Of a DNA stretch of 64,000 nt, positions 37,611 to 51,024 are shown in pieces. Numbering within the stretch: the first letter of the stretch is position 1; each line of letters starts with the position of its first letter. The translations under genes were made by a program, and so were the position numbers. The stretch spans positions 19,468,001-19,532,000 of the forward strand of contig OX597836.1 of NCBI GenBank assembly GCA_951406725.2, in the 5' to 3' direction. The DNA comes from Octopus vulgaris (taxonomy: Eukaryota). The notes below the pieces were generated by a model, which saw only the letters and a list, made by a program, of their open reading frames with translations, had not been told where the DNA came from and searched no databases.

Positions 37611-40600
37611 AAAGAGTGAAAGCTTTGGACACAAGAAGTATAATGGTATCACAGGAAGGTCAATGGAAAAAATAATAAGTAAGCGTTACATTTGACAGAG
37701 CAATCGGAATAATGAAAAGGTTAAGCATTTGGAACATAAGTTAACAATTTGCATCATAGAACCAAGAACAATCTCAGGCAGGTTGGCATCAAAAGACGGT
37801 TAAGACAAGCATGATGGAAAGATCTGGAAGTTAAATCATATGACTAGCCTATTTCAGATGAAATGCTCTGTTTCAGTTAATTTTGAAAACAATGACTTTT
37901 GTAAAATAACTGTCATTTTTTATTAAGCTGGTGCCTGGAACATAAATGAACTCTCTTTTACTTGTTTCAGTCATTTGACTGCGGCCATGCTGGAGCACCA
38001 CCTTTAGTCGAGCAAATCGACCCTGGGACTTATTCTTTGTAAGCCCAGTACTTATTCTATCAGTCTCTTTTTGCCGAACTGCTAAGTGACGGGGACGTAA
38101 ACACACCAGCATCGGTTGTCAAGCAATGCTAGAGGGACAAACACAGACACACAAACACATACATACACACATATATATATATATATACATATATACGACA
38201 GGCTTCTTTCAGTTTCCGTCTACCAAATCCACTCACAAGGCAGAAAGGGAGTAATGGCTGGCAGTGGGTGAGCAAACATCACAAGTGGTGAGATGAATGA
38301 TAGGATGATGGTTGAAATGAGTGGGGAAAATGGATGGAGAGAGGAAAGTGGGCTCGGGTAGAGATGAGGGTGGTGGGCTAAAAAAGGGCTTAAAGAGTAA
38401 AAGGAGTAGCATGAAGGGCATCTGGCACTTTGCATTCTGCATTCAAATCTTACTCTAGCCAGCTCGGATGGTTTCTTTCATTGTCCTGTTTAAAACCATC
38501 ATGTGGCACCTTGTCTGCCTCTAATGGAGTTTGCTCTTTTGCAAGCATTTGGGTCAGGTCCCCAGTTTGAAGATAACATCTTCCTTCCTTCCCTGGTGCT
38601 AGAAGCCCTGTCATGGATCAAGGATAATTAATCTCCTTCATGAATAAAGGTCAAGAAGATATGTCTACACAAAAGACAGAATGGTCACTATCAGAATGCT
38701 CTTGATCATATATTCGTTTGTACAAACATACCATAACATATACACACATATATACATGTGTATATAGACACATATGTGCACAGGCATGTAACATGAAAAC
38801 AAGCGAAAACATACACATGCATGCACATACATACATACATACACATATACACTGATTGTATAAATCATTCACAGCCTTAATTATTGTAAAAAAAAAAATA
38901 AAAAAAAATCAGAAGGAAAAAAACAAAAAAATTCATCCATGAAATGTCTTTGAAAAAAAGATTTCTACCATGAATAAGTGATAAGATAAAAAGGTTAATG
39001 AAAGAAAGGAAGAGCAGCCAGTGAAATCGTTTAAAATGAATCATTGATGATACAAGAGTAGCAATCTAATATCAAACTGTGGCATGTTGAGGTTAGGCAT
39101 TAAGGACTGGTGGCATATTAGCTAAACATCTTAACAACAACTGGATTATGATTTAAATTAATAATTACATTCAGGGAAAAAACACTGCTGAAACTATGCC
39201 AAAAGCACATGACACACACACACACATACACAGCAACACGCATATATGCACTAATACGGCGGCGAGCTGGCAGAAACGTTAGCGCGCCGGACGAAATGCT
39301 TAGCGGTATTTCGTCTGTCGTTACGTTCTGAGTTCAAATTCCGCCAGGGTCGACTTTGCCTTTCATCCTTTCGGGGTTGATAAATTAAGTACCAGTTACG
39401 CACTGGGGTCGATGTAATCGTCTTAATACCTATGTCTGTCCTTGTTTGTCCCCTCTGTGTTTGGCCCCTTGTGGGTAATAAAGAAATAGGTATTTCGTCT
39501 GCCGCTACATTCTGAGTTCAAATTCCACCGAGGTCGACTTGGCCTTTCATCCTTTCGGGGTCAATTAAATAAGTACCAGTTACGCACTGGGGGTCGATGT
39601 AATCGACTTAATCCGTTTGTCTGTCTGTGTTTAGCCCCTTGTGGGTAGTAAAGAATTAAGAAACAATTGTAACTGATCATTAAAGATGCTTTCAAAGTAT
39701 TTCTTTGTCTTATTATTTGGATTATATATATATATATATATATACACACACATGTATTCTGTTCACAGTTACATAGTTAAGTGGTTAAAAGCACTTTACA
39801 TAACCATACATTCCAAAGAATCCTTCTGTTTGAATTGGAAAAGAAGATGAAGATAGTACTGATAATTCCCTTTTCCTTTAATGCCTGGAGAGTCTAAAAT
39901 GTACTGATAAAAGAAAAATAAATAAGAAGAAATTTAATATGATGGAAGAAATGTTGAAGTGATGAATGCCTAAAGTGTGTTGGTATTTTCTGGCAGCCTG
40001 ACATAGAAACAGCATTGAAACTATGTTTGGTATCCGCATATGCACACAGAAATTCTTCCTCTCTGTCTCTTGTGTTCTACAGATTTTTTTGTTGCATAAG
40101 GGATGTAACTGATGCCACTGAAGTAATGAATGAAATTGCTAGCAATTCCAAAGTTCACCATGGTTTCCAAGAATATTTGCAAAATTTACCAAGTTTTTCC
40201 TGGAACATCATCATCATCATCGTCATCATCGTTTAACGCCCGCTTTCCATGCTAGCATGGGTTGGACGATTTTGACTGTGGGCCGGCGAACCAGATGGCT
40301 GCACCAGGCTCCAATCTTGATCTGGCAGAGTTTCTACAGCTGGATGCCCTTCCTAATGCCAACCACTCCAAAAGTGTAGTGGGTGCTTTTTATGTGCCAC
40401 CGGCACAGGGGCCAGTCAGGCTGTACTGGCAATGACCTCGCTCGAATCTTTTTACATGTGCCAGTGAAGCGACGCTGATAACGATCACGCTCGAATGGTG
40501 CCTTTTTACGTGCCACGGGTACGGAAGCCAGGTGGCTGCTCTGGCAATGATCACGCTTGGATGGTGCTCTTGGCACCCTACTAGCACAGGCGCAAGTGCC

Positions 40601-41074
40601 AAACTATATGCATGCTGCTTGTCTGTCTGTGTTAATTTCTTTGGCCAGTAAATCAACAAGCTCTATATGGCCATTCATTTAGTTGTTAGTGTTGTGACTG
40701 CCGTTGGGTTAACTCTGGGGTTAACTTTGACAGAAGAAACCTAGGATTAAACACATTCCAACGGTGACCATCCTGTCTCTTCATTTTTTAAAGTGTTTTT
40801 TGTAGGGTATCACCACCACCATCACCATCATTGTGACCACAGCCATCATCATCATCATCATTGTTTTAATGTTCACTTTTCCATACTTGAGATGGAAGTT
40901 AATTACTGTTTCTATATATTATATATGTAAAGCATATGTTATACATGTATGTATATTGTTATAATTGTCCTTTTAGTAAATAAATAAATGTTTGTCCAAC
41001 CCATGCTAGCATGAAAATCGGACGGTAAACAATGATGATGATGATGACATAATATAATGTTTAAAAGTTGATGA

Positions 41075-41700
41075 ATATGTTTGCACATCATAAGCCAGGG
41101 TATCCCTAACCCATCCTTTAGCAGTTCCTGGCAGCAGACGGAGCGCCTTACAAGTGGCTTTCCTCCCTTCCACAATAATTGGAAAAGGAGGCGCTCCAAC
41201 TTGTTTAGCCACGAGTTGGGGCAAGGGACAATGGTTAGGTGGTGGATGATTACAGATGTGATAAACACCTGTACCATCCCCGCCCTTTCAGGGATAGAGC
41301 CCGTCTGGACCAAGTCTGAACTAGAGCTTCCACTTTGTCTGCCACCTCGCTCCAATTCTTCTCTGTTTGGGAGTCCAGTCCAAACCAAACTCCAAGCAAC
41401 TTAACAAGACCATCTGTCCATTGACCCTCTACACTGGACGATACCGGCTTGCTCCTCCAAGTGCCGAGGCACAAGCCGATGGACTTGTCCTTGTTTGCTC
41501 CTGACACCACCTCATATCCTTTGATAGCATCCTCTACACAAGGTAGCTGGGCCTCATTGGACATGATGATGGTGACATCATCTGCATAAGCAGAGACCGA
41601 CTTACCACATCCGATTTCATTGGGGGTGCATCCCAAATTCTCCAACTTCCTCAGTAAAGGCTCAAGAGCCAAAAAGTACAGAAGCGGAGACAGGGAACTG
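41075..41700 (-). mobile_element. L1/Tx1-clade LINE RT fragment
   Basis: SLSPLLYFLALEPLLRKL..VSAYADDVTII..NKDKS..VKLLGVWF..WSRRALSLKGR..LLFQLLWKGGKP..GLGIP. Confidence 0.85.
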
Positions 41701-42469
41701 GGAAGTTTTCTATTAAAAAAATAATAATCGATGGTAGTCAATTTGTTGTTGATCATGAATTTCTCCATTTTGTGCTAAATTATATATATAACATATATAA
41801 AAAAAAATCAAACCAAATCAAAATAGATGAACATCAATGGAATTTGTATCTTTGTGGTACCAGTGCCGGTGGCACATAAGAAAACCATCCGAACGTGGCC
41901 GTAGCCAGTACCGCATCGACTGGCCTCCGTGCTGTGGGCACGTAACAAACACCATCCGATCGTGGCTGTTCGCCAGCCTCATCTGGCACCTGTGTCGGTG
42001 GCACATAAAATCACCCACTACACTCTCGGAGTGGTTGGCGTTAGGAAGGGCATCCAGCTGTAGAAACACTGCCAGATCTGACTGGCCTGGTGCAGCCTTC
42101 GGGCTCCCCAGACCCCAGTTGAACCGTCCAACCCATGCTAGCATGGAAAGCGGACGTTAAACGATGATGATGATGATATGTATATATAGTGTTTACATAA
42201 TCATTATCCTAATTCTGCGTTCTTGTGAAGAACATATGTAGAAGCTATAGTTTTCGTGTAATAGGAGTTGAGGAGGTAATTAGGCATGTGTTTGGAATAT
42301 AAATTGGCATAAAATTTTGGTGGATGGTTTTAATTTAGATCACTTGAAAACAGGAAGCTTGTATCATAGAACTAGGTGTGCTCTCAGGCAGATTGCTACC
42401 AAAAGAGGTAACACAGGCAGTTTTCTGTCATAGAAGTAGAAATTCGCCATTGAGAATTCATGGAAGAAG

Positions 42470-43061
42470 TTTCGTGGGAATATGTGGATTTCACAAGGGG
42501 TCCCCAACAATCCTGCATGTAGAGACATCCTATTTGCTGCAGATTGTCCGCACACGCAGGGAGAGAACAATCAAGGAGCCGCCGGTTGCCAAAACAGACA
42601 CTCCAAGGATTTTTCACCAGAGCCCCGTCTGCCGGGTTGTGGCCCTAATACCACTCGGTGTCAGACCAATCTGCCTTGGGTGGCCCTACCAGGAACCGAA
42701 GGATGGACTTTGGGGACGCAGCTCTGACATTACCCGTTACCAGTGTCCCCACCACAGTGAGGAGGGGATGGACTTTGGGGACGCAGCTCTGACACTACCC
42801 ATTGCCAGCGTCCCCACCATGGTGAGGAGGGGATGGACTTTGGGGATGCAGCTCTGACACTACCCATTGCCAGCGTCCCCACCACGGTGAGGAGGGGATG
42901 GACTTTGGAACCTGCGCCGATGGAACCGCGACTAGCTCACTATCTCCAGTGAACTGGCGCAAGACCGTCGTGCCTGGGCTACCATGGTTCGAGATACCTT
43001 GAGGGTGGTAGAAGAAGCCGACTCAACCCAACCAGAGTGAATGTCGCCACAAGTACAAGTA
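42470..43061 (+). mobile_element. RTE LINE 3' end with CAAGTA tail, containing an internal 65-bp tandem trimer
   Basis: RRWNRD*LTISSELAQDRRAWATMVRD..ADSTQPE* parallels ORF 51823-52044; tail CACAAGTACAAGTA. Confidence 0.7.
42701..42908. repeat. 65-bp tandem repeat, 3.2 copies
   Basis: GGATGGACTTTGG starts at 42701, 42766, 42831 and 42896. Confidence 0.95.
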
Positions 43062-43436
43062 TAGAAGTAGAAATAGTGGAATAAAGAAATAATCCCTCAC
43101 TTGAAAAAACAAGAGTTGGTGACAGGAAGAGCATCCAGTCATAGCATTGCTTTCTATAATAACTTAATCATCCAAAATATGCTAGCATAAAAATAAAATT
43201 TAGATGTTCAATGAACAAACGTTTTAAAACAGGTGGTTTTCTATGAGAAAAATCTGAGGCAGTTTTAGACAGACTGTCATCAAAAGAGTTAATATTGAAT
43301 TAATTTTAGTGCTATAAATAGAAATTTAATATGCAAATTAACAGCAACTAATCATCTAACCACCAAATTTTATCGTTATTTTATTCTTCTCTACTTTGTT
43401 TTCTCTTTTCCTTCCTTCCTCCTCCCTCCCTCTTAG

Positions 43437-43479
43437 TTGCCAAAATAGAACAGCAGAATGCCAATAATCTTATTCTAAG
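43437..43479 (+). CDS. Candidate upstream exon of the USP44/49-like gene
   Basis: Long pyrimidine tract plus TAG acceptor and AG|GTAATC donor; only one frame is open (AKIEQQNANNLILR); its phase-2 end fits the exon at 55240. No recognisable homology. Confidence 0.35.
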
Positions 43480-43739
43480 GTAATCCTCTGGAGATTAACT
43501 GAACTGGAATATATTTTCTATTCCAGTTAGGTAAATTGTACGATGTTGTCATTTTCATTACAGCCTCATTACAACCCGATCCAAATATCCTCTACTCCAG
43601 CATTTCCCAACTATAGTTTCCTGGAACCTGTGAAGGCACATGGCTTAGTGGTCAGGGTATTTGGCTTGCAAGTCCAAGCTCAATTCCCAGTGGCCCGTCG
43701 TGTCATTGTGCACGGCACTTTATTTCACATTGCTCCAGT

Positions 43740-44248
43740 TGTTGTTTTGTTTTGTTCCTTCTCACGCCATGCCTGGCTCATAAGGGCCGGTTTCCCGGTT
43801 TCTTGGCGTATAAGTCTCTCTCAAATCATAAAATCCTACCATATTAAAAAAAGTGCACGCTTTTAGTTAGATATCTGTAGAGAGAAAGAAATGGATTAGA
43901 GGAAGAACTAGTTAGCAAACTAGAAGAGGCTATTAGCAACGGCATCATGTTCCTTCTCTCGAGCAAGGACTGGCTCATAAGGGCCAGTTTCCCGGTTTCT
44001 TGGCGTATAAGTTCCCCACCTGGACGGGAAGCCAGTCTGTCACAGGTGAGCTGCAAAATGCAGGAGGAAAGAGTGCGAGAAAGTTGTGGCGAAAGAGTCA
44101 GCAGAAGTTTCGCCATTACCTTCTGACGGAGCCGCGTGAAGCTTAGGTGTTTCGCTCATAAACACACACATCGCCTGGTCTAATATTCGAACCCGCGATC
44201 CCTCGACCGCGAGTCCACTGCTCTAACCACTAGGCCATGTGCCTCCAC
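43740..44248 (-). mobile_element. Chimeric tRNA-SINE insertion with 13-bp TSD
   Basis: ACATTGCTCCAGT at 43727-43739 and 44249-44261 flanks a full SINE, a ~135-bp unrelated segment and a second SINE 3' end. Confidence 0.75.
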
Positions 44249-44356
44249 ACATTGCTCCAGTCCAATCAGCTGGCAAAAATGAGTGGTATCTGTAAATCAA
44301 AGAGCTAGCCTTGTCACAGTCTGTGTCATGCTGAATCTCCCTAAGAACTATATTAA

Positions 44357-44574
44357 CCCTTTAGCATTTAAACCGTCCATATCCGGCCAAAAGTATTCTA
44401 CCTGTTTTATGTTCAAACTGGCCAGATCTGGTCTCTCACACCAACCCTACAATATCGTTTTAAAACTTAACAGCTACCTCATCAAAATCTCATAGCTACA
44501 AGATAATCCATGATTAGTTCAAAATGTGGATAAAAAAGGATTAATTTTGGCAGAATAATGCGAACACTAAAGGG
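44357..44574. mobile_element. piggyBac-type MITE inserted at the TTAA of a SINE
   Basis: TTAA on both sides; same family as 5442-5663. Confidence 0.85.
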
Positions 44575-44825
44575 TTAAGGCTATGTACATCTATGGACTG
44601 CTCAGTATTTGCATGTTAATTTCATGAGTAGGCTGTTCCATTGATTGGATCAACTGGAACACACATCATTGTTACTAATGGAGTGCCAGTTTTCCTGGAA
44701 CCTTTTGGTCCTGCAAGGAGTCCTGGTTCTTCTGTGAGAAATAATGATAAAACACACTAATTATTTGCAGATGCATTGCAGAGTAATTTTTACATTCAAT
44801 TTTGTATTTGTAAATTTTAATATAA

Positions 44826-45146
44826 CTAGAAGTATCGCCCAGCATTGCTCGGGTTTGTTTCGACTCTTTAGAATTGGAATTTTTGAAAAGTAAAAATTTT
44901 GCATTATGTAGCTTGTTATTCTCTTTAAGTGAACATTTTTTTTCTGGTTGAAATACACCGAAAAATGGCGACACAGCAATCAAAAAATTGTAAAAAAATA
45001 GGGATTTTCATAGAAAAAAAGCACCTTTTGATGTAAATAATTTTTGGTGTTAACGTGGTCCGATTTGAATTTTTTCTTCTACGGAAGGAAGAGCCAGTCT
45101 TCTTCTATCATACTCTCAATTTTGGTCAACTTGCACCACAGGGTCT
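44826..45146 (-). mobile_element. 5'-truncated non-autonomous Helitron
   Basis: Reverse complement of ~26190-26511, including the hairpin and CTAG end. Confidence 0.85.
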
Positions 45147-45299
45147 TGTGATGGGAAAAGAAGGAAAATGTTGATATTCTTAAAGTGGAAACCCAATCTA
45201 AATACTTACCACAGTGTAGACTCGCTGAAGGCATCTGAGAGCCAAATGATGGTGGTGACGTAAAAATGGTCAATGGGTCACATCTACCATCCAAAAATA

Positions 45300-45600
45300 T
45301 GGACAACCCCATTTCATTCCTCATAGACAACCCCATGTCTATTCCACATCTACAGATCCAGTCTATTCCACATGTATAACCCCAGCCCATTCCACATGGA
45401 CAACCCCAATCCATTCCTCATAAACAACCCCGTCAATTCCACATGTATAACCCCAGCCCATTCCACATGGACAACCCCAATCCATTCCTCATAGACAACC
45501 CCAAGTCAATTCCACATCTACAGATCCAGTCTATTCCACATGTATAACCCCAGCCCATTCCACATGGACAGCCCCAATCCATCCTACATGTACAAACCCA
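45300..45600. repeat. ~23-24-bp minisatellite with higher-order pattern
   Basis: Units like ACAACCCCAATCCATTCCACATGG; variants recur in order. Confidence 0.9.
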
Positions 45601-46119
45601 GTTTCCTCACAGTATTTTCTATCAACTCAAGGTGCTGCATAGGAGAATTGAACCCGGACTCAATTCAATTGTGAAGTGAACTTCTTAACCAAGACACCCT
45701 TGACTGTATATCCATGTGTATTAATTATATGCCATGTATAATAAACACCTGTCCTGGCTGCTGCCTCCTGGAATCAATTGTCACTGGGTATCAGACACAC
45801 CTTTAATTTGCTGACCCAGTTATGTCATTGCCAGTACAGAAACTACATCATACGATTCTGAACAGTTTAGTGGTTAGCTGGCGGGGCCAGGTGAGGGCGG
45901 GGACAGGGACAGAAAAAGAAAAAAAAACTTTCACATTTAAATTTCTCTGTTGGAAGATGGATTGGCTGATGATGATGATGACGATGATTTTTGCACATTT
46001 GTATAATACTAATATTATAAATAGTTAACAGCTGAATACTATTATTTTTTTGCTTAATTACTCACTCAGTCGTTAATTCTTCATCATCAATAGCAGCATC
46101 ACTAGCACTACCATTATTA

Positions 46120-47654
46120 CTCTTTACTCTTTACTCTTTTACTTGTTTCAGTCATTTGACTGCGGCCATGCTGGAGCACCGCCTTTAGTCGAGCAAATCG
46201 ACCCCCGGGACTTATTCTTTTTGTAAGGCCAGTACTTATTCTATCGGTCTCTTTTGCCGAACCGCTAAGTGACGGGGGACATAAACACACCAGCATCGGT
46301 TGTCAAGCAATGCTAGGGGGACAAACACAAACACACACACACATACATATATACGACAGGCTTCTTTCAGTTTCCGTCTACCAAATGAATAACTTAGCTC
46401 ACATAGTTTATCTCTTAGTCTGGGAACTTTTATTACGCATATGTTGTATTAAGTATACTCTTTTACTCGTTTCAGTCATTTGACTGCGGCCATGCTGGAG
46501 CACCGCCTTTAGTCGAGCAAATCGGCCCCCGGGACTTATTCTTTTTGTAAGGCCAGTACTTATTCTATCGGTCTCTTTTGCCGAACCGCTAAGTGACGGG
46601 GGACATAAACACACCAGCATCGGTTGTCAAGCAATGCTAGGGGGACAAACACAGACACACAAACATATACACACACACATACACGTATACATATATACGA
46701 CAGGCTTCTTTCAGTTTCCGTCTACCAAATTCACTCACAAGGCTTTGGTCGGCCCGAGGCTATAGCAGAAGACACTTGCCCAAGACACCATGCAGTGAGA
46801 CTGAACCCGGAACCATGTGGCTGGTTAGCAAGCTACTTACCACACAGCCACTCCTGCTGTCATCATGATTATTGTCATCATCCATCATCATCATCATCAT
46901 CAACACTATCATCTCCATCATTGCTTTACATCTGATATTCCCCCCCCCCCCCATTAAACTGAAGATTAAAATAAAAATAATAAAATGGTTAATATGTCTT
47001 TACCGAATAGAACAACATACTGATTTCAGGCTAGCAAGGGAGAAGTCACTCAACTTGCTAGACATAGCAGCAAAACTCCTTCAATTTCCACCCTCTCATT
47101 GTAACTCTTTCAAAACTATTTCTTTTAAACCGTTCCTATATACATATGGTGCAGACATGGCTGTGGGGGTAAGAAGCTTGCCAACAAAAGCCATGTGAGT
47201 GGATTTGGTAGATGGAAACTGAAAGAAGCCTGTTGCCATATATCTTTACTCTTTTTACTCTTTTACTTGTTTCAGTCATTTGACTGTGGCCATGCTGGAG
47301 CACCGCTTTTAGTCGAGCAAATCGACCCCAGGACTTATTCTTTGTAAGCCTAGTACTTATTCTATCGGTCTCTTTTGCCGAACTGCTAAGTTACAAGGAC
47401 GTAAATACACCAGCATCGGTCAAGCGATGTTGGGTGGGGGGACAAACACAGACACACAAACACACGCACACACACACATATACATATATATGACAGGCTT
47501 CTTTCAGTTTCCGTTTCCCAAATCCACTCACAAGGCTTTGGTCGGCCCGAGGCTATAGTAGAAGACACTTGCCCAAGGTGCCAGGCAGTGGGACTGAACC
47601 CGGAACCATGTGGTTGGCAAGCAAGCTACTTACCACACAGCCACTCTTACGCCT
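46120..47654 (-). mobile_element. Cluster of family A SINEs (46120-46385, 46457-46856, 47245-47654)
   Basis: Reverse-complement matches to family A. Confidence 0.85.
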
Positions 47655-48234
47655 ATATATCCTCATTTAATGTCTACCTTCCATGCCGACATGGTTTGGA
47701 TAGTTTGACAGGAGCAGATAAGCCACAGAACTGCACCAAGCTTCACTGCTTCCTTCGACATGTTTTTTTACTGTTGGATGCCCTTCCTAACGCCAACCAC
47801 TTTACAGAGCGGAGTGGGTGCTTTTTACATGGCACCAGCACCATGAGACACTAGCATATATATGTGCTTGTCCTTTACCACTGCTTGGCAACGGGTGTTG
47901 GGTAAGTACCAGGTTAAAGTGCAAAAAAAAAAAAAGTTCTGGCGTCAATTTGTTCAACTAAAACCATTCATGGTGGTGCTCCAGCATTGCCACGCTCCAG
48001 TGTCTGAAAAAAGTATAAGATAAACAAAAATATAGTCAAAACCTTCCATTGTAATTTTGTGGCGGTGGTGGCAACGTTGACAGTTCTGCTGCTTCTAGTT
48101 TATCTTATAAGACAGTGATACCTGGTGGTTACCACTGTTGATTAGACAAATATTTATGTCTTTGTTTCTTAACAAACTGGTCAAGGAGCTTTTTAATACC
48201 ACGTCATATTGTTAAAAAATTTTCTTTTTTTCTG

Positions 48235-48700
48235 TTTTCAGTAAAGTGACTTCTGTATATCCCACTTCTTATTTAGGACACTGTCTATATCTGTTTTTTT
48301 TGCTTTGTTTTCAGTAAAATGACTTGTAAAGCTTTTTTCTGTTTTTAGTAATGTGACTTCTATATCTGTTTTTTTGCTTGGTTTTCGGTAAAATGACTTG
48401 TAAAGCTTTTTTTTGTTTTTAGTAATGTGACTTCTATATCTGTTTTTTCCTTTATTTTCAGTAAAATGACTTGTAAAGCTTTTTTTGGTCTGTTTTTAGC
48501 AATGTGACTTCTATATCTGTTTTTTGCTTTGTTTTCTGTAAAATGACTTGTAAAGCTTTTTTCTGTTTTTAGTAATATGACTACTATATCTGTTTTTCCC
48601 TTGTTTTCAGTAAAGTGGCTTTCTGTGTTCTCTTTTTTTTATTTAACAGTTTCTGTATCTGTTTTTCTTCTTTCTGTTTTCAGTAAAATGACTTGTAAAT
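48235..48700. repeat. ~70-bp T-rich tandem repeat
   Basis: TTTTCAGTAAAATGACTTGTAAAGCTTTTTT..TTTTAGTAATGTGACTTCTATATCTG repeated about 5-6 times. Confidence 0.9.
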
Positions 48701-49789
48701 CAACCAAGAAAAAGGAAAAGCCAACCAAATTCACGTAAGAATTCCCCGTGTGGTTTTTATTTTTCTCTACATATAGGCATAAACATGGTAAGAACCGTGC
48801 TTTCCAACAACATGGTACCAGGTTCAGTCCCACTGCATGGCACCTTGGGCAAGTGTCTTCTACTATAGTCTCATGCCAACTAAAGACTTGTGAATGAATT
48901 TAGTTGACAGAAACTGGAAGAAGCCCGTCGTGTGTGTGTCATTGTGTATGTCTGCTCCTCACCACCACTTAACAACCGGTGTTAGTTTGTTTATATCCCC
49001 ATAACTTAGTGGCTCCGTAAAGAGAGTCCAATGGAATAAGAATCAGGTTTTAAAAAAAATGTAAGTATTAGAATCAATTCATTTGACTAAAGGTTCATTG
49101 AGGCAGTATCCCTAACTGGACTTAAGACTGATGAAAGATAAAAATCCTTTCTACCTTAACAAACTGAGTTCCAAGATTTGTGTAAACCAGTTTTACTAAA
49201 GGGGTTGGCTATATTGACTGTTTATAGGGCAGCGAGCTGGCAGAAACATTAGTGCACCGGGCGAAATGCTTAGCGGTATTTCAAATAGGTATTTCATCTG
49301 TCGTTACGTTCTGAGTTCAAATTCCGCCGAGGTCGACTTTGCCTTTCATCCTTTCAGGGTCGATAAATAAAGTACCAGTCACACACTGGGGTCAATGTAA
49401 TCGACTTAATCCCTTTGTCTGTCCTTGTTTGTCCCCTCTGTGTTTAGCCCCTTGTGGGCAGTAAAGAAATACATATTGGCTGTTTATATTACTTGATACT
49501 GTTTGTTGTGGTGAGTTTTAATCTTTGTTATCAGGGATTATTGTTGTTTGAGAATTAAGTGGGGGTGAGCAGCTGGCAAACCTCTCATTTATGTATGTGT
49601 GTATGTTTGTGCCTTTTATCTTTTCCTTTTACTTGTTTCAGTCATTAGACTGTGGCCATACAGGGGCAACAGCTTGAAGAACTTTAACCCTTTAGTGTTC
49701 AGATTACTCTGTTAAATGTAATACTTTTTCACTCAAATTGTTTTGAATTAATCATGCATTATCTTATAGCTTTGATGTTTCAATGATGC

Positions 49790-50570
49790 TCTTTTACTCT
49801 TTACTCTTTTACTTGTTTCAGTCATTTGACTGCGGCCATGCTGGAGCACCGCCTTTAGTCGAGCAAATCGACCCCGGGACTTATTCTTTGTAAGCCCAGT
49901 ACTTATTCTATCGGTCTGTTTTGTCAAACCACTAAGTGACGGGGACGTAAACACACCAGCATCAGTTGTCAAGCAATGCTAGAGGGACAAACATATACAC
50001 ACACATACATATATACGACAGGCTTCTTTCAGTTTCCGTCTACCAAATCCACTCACAAGGCATTGGTCGGCCCGGGGCTATAGCAGAAGACATTTGCCCA
50101 AGATGCCACGCAGTAGGACTGAACCCGGAACCATGTGGCTGGTTAGCAAGCTACTTACCACACTGCCACTCCTGCACCTATGTGATTGTTTATTTTTAGA
50201 ATGTCAGTGTAGGTTAGGTGTGAGAGGCCAGATATGGCCAGTTTGAATATAAAACATGTAGAATATTTGGGCCAGATATAGCCGGTTTAAACACTAAAGG
50301 GTCTGAATGAATTGACACCAGTACTTATTTTATGAACATAATCATAAACACACACACATACAAACTCATACAAAACACACGGAGATACATGTTCACATAC
50401 CTACAGATACACAGGTATGGCTATGTGGTAAGAAGCTTGCTTCCCAACCATGTGGTTCCAGGTTCAGTCCCACTGCGTGGCACCTTGGGTAAGCGTCTTC
50501 AGCTATAACCTTGGGCCGACCAAAGCCTTGTGAGTGGATTTGGTAAATGGAAACTGAAAGAAGCCCATTT

Positions 50571-50605
<35 letters not shown>

Positions 50606-50780
50606 CTTTGTATCTGTGTCTGTCCCGCCACCACCACATGACAACTGATGTTGGTGTGTTTACATCCCTGTAACTTAGCAGTTCGGCAAAAGAGACTGAT
50701 AGAATAAGTACCAGGCTTACAGAGAATAAATCATGGGGTCGATTTCTTCAACTAAAAGGCAGTGCTCCAGCATGGCCTCT
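49790..50780. mobile_element. Divergent pair of family A SINEs (49790-50179 on -, 50409-50778 on +)
   Basis: Matches to family A. Confidence 0.8.
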
Positions 50781-51024
50781 CTAACACCAGTCATTTTACA
50801 GAGTGTACTTGGTGCTTTTGTACATGGCACCTTGGTTTTAGGATCTCAATTCTGTTGTGGTAGGAGGGTCTTCTTGAATCCAGCAAAGCATCACACATCT
50901 CAATTCTCTGTCATCTCCTTCATAAATCTCAGCATTTAGAGACTGGCTTTCAGCAAGTCAAATTTACTATATTATAGAAATAGATATGTAATAACCATTA
51001 TTTATACCTTGTCATATATATATA

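Noticed and set aside
42701-42908. Repeat arrays (also family C units and 45300-45600) considered as CRISPR-like
   Set aside because: No unique spacers, no cas genes, eukaryotic context; these are plain tandem duplications.
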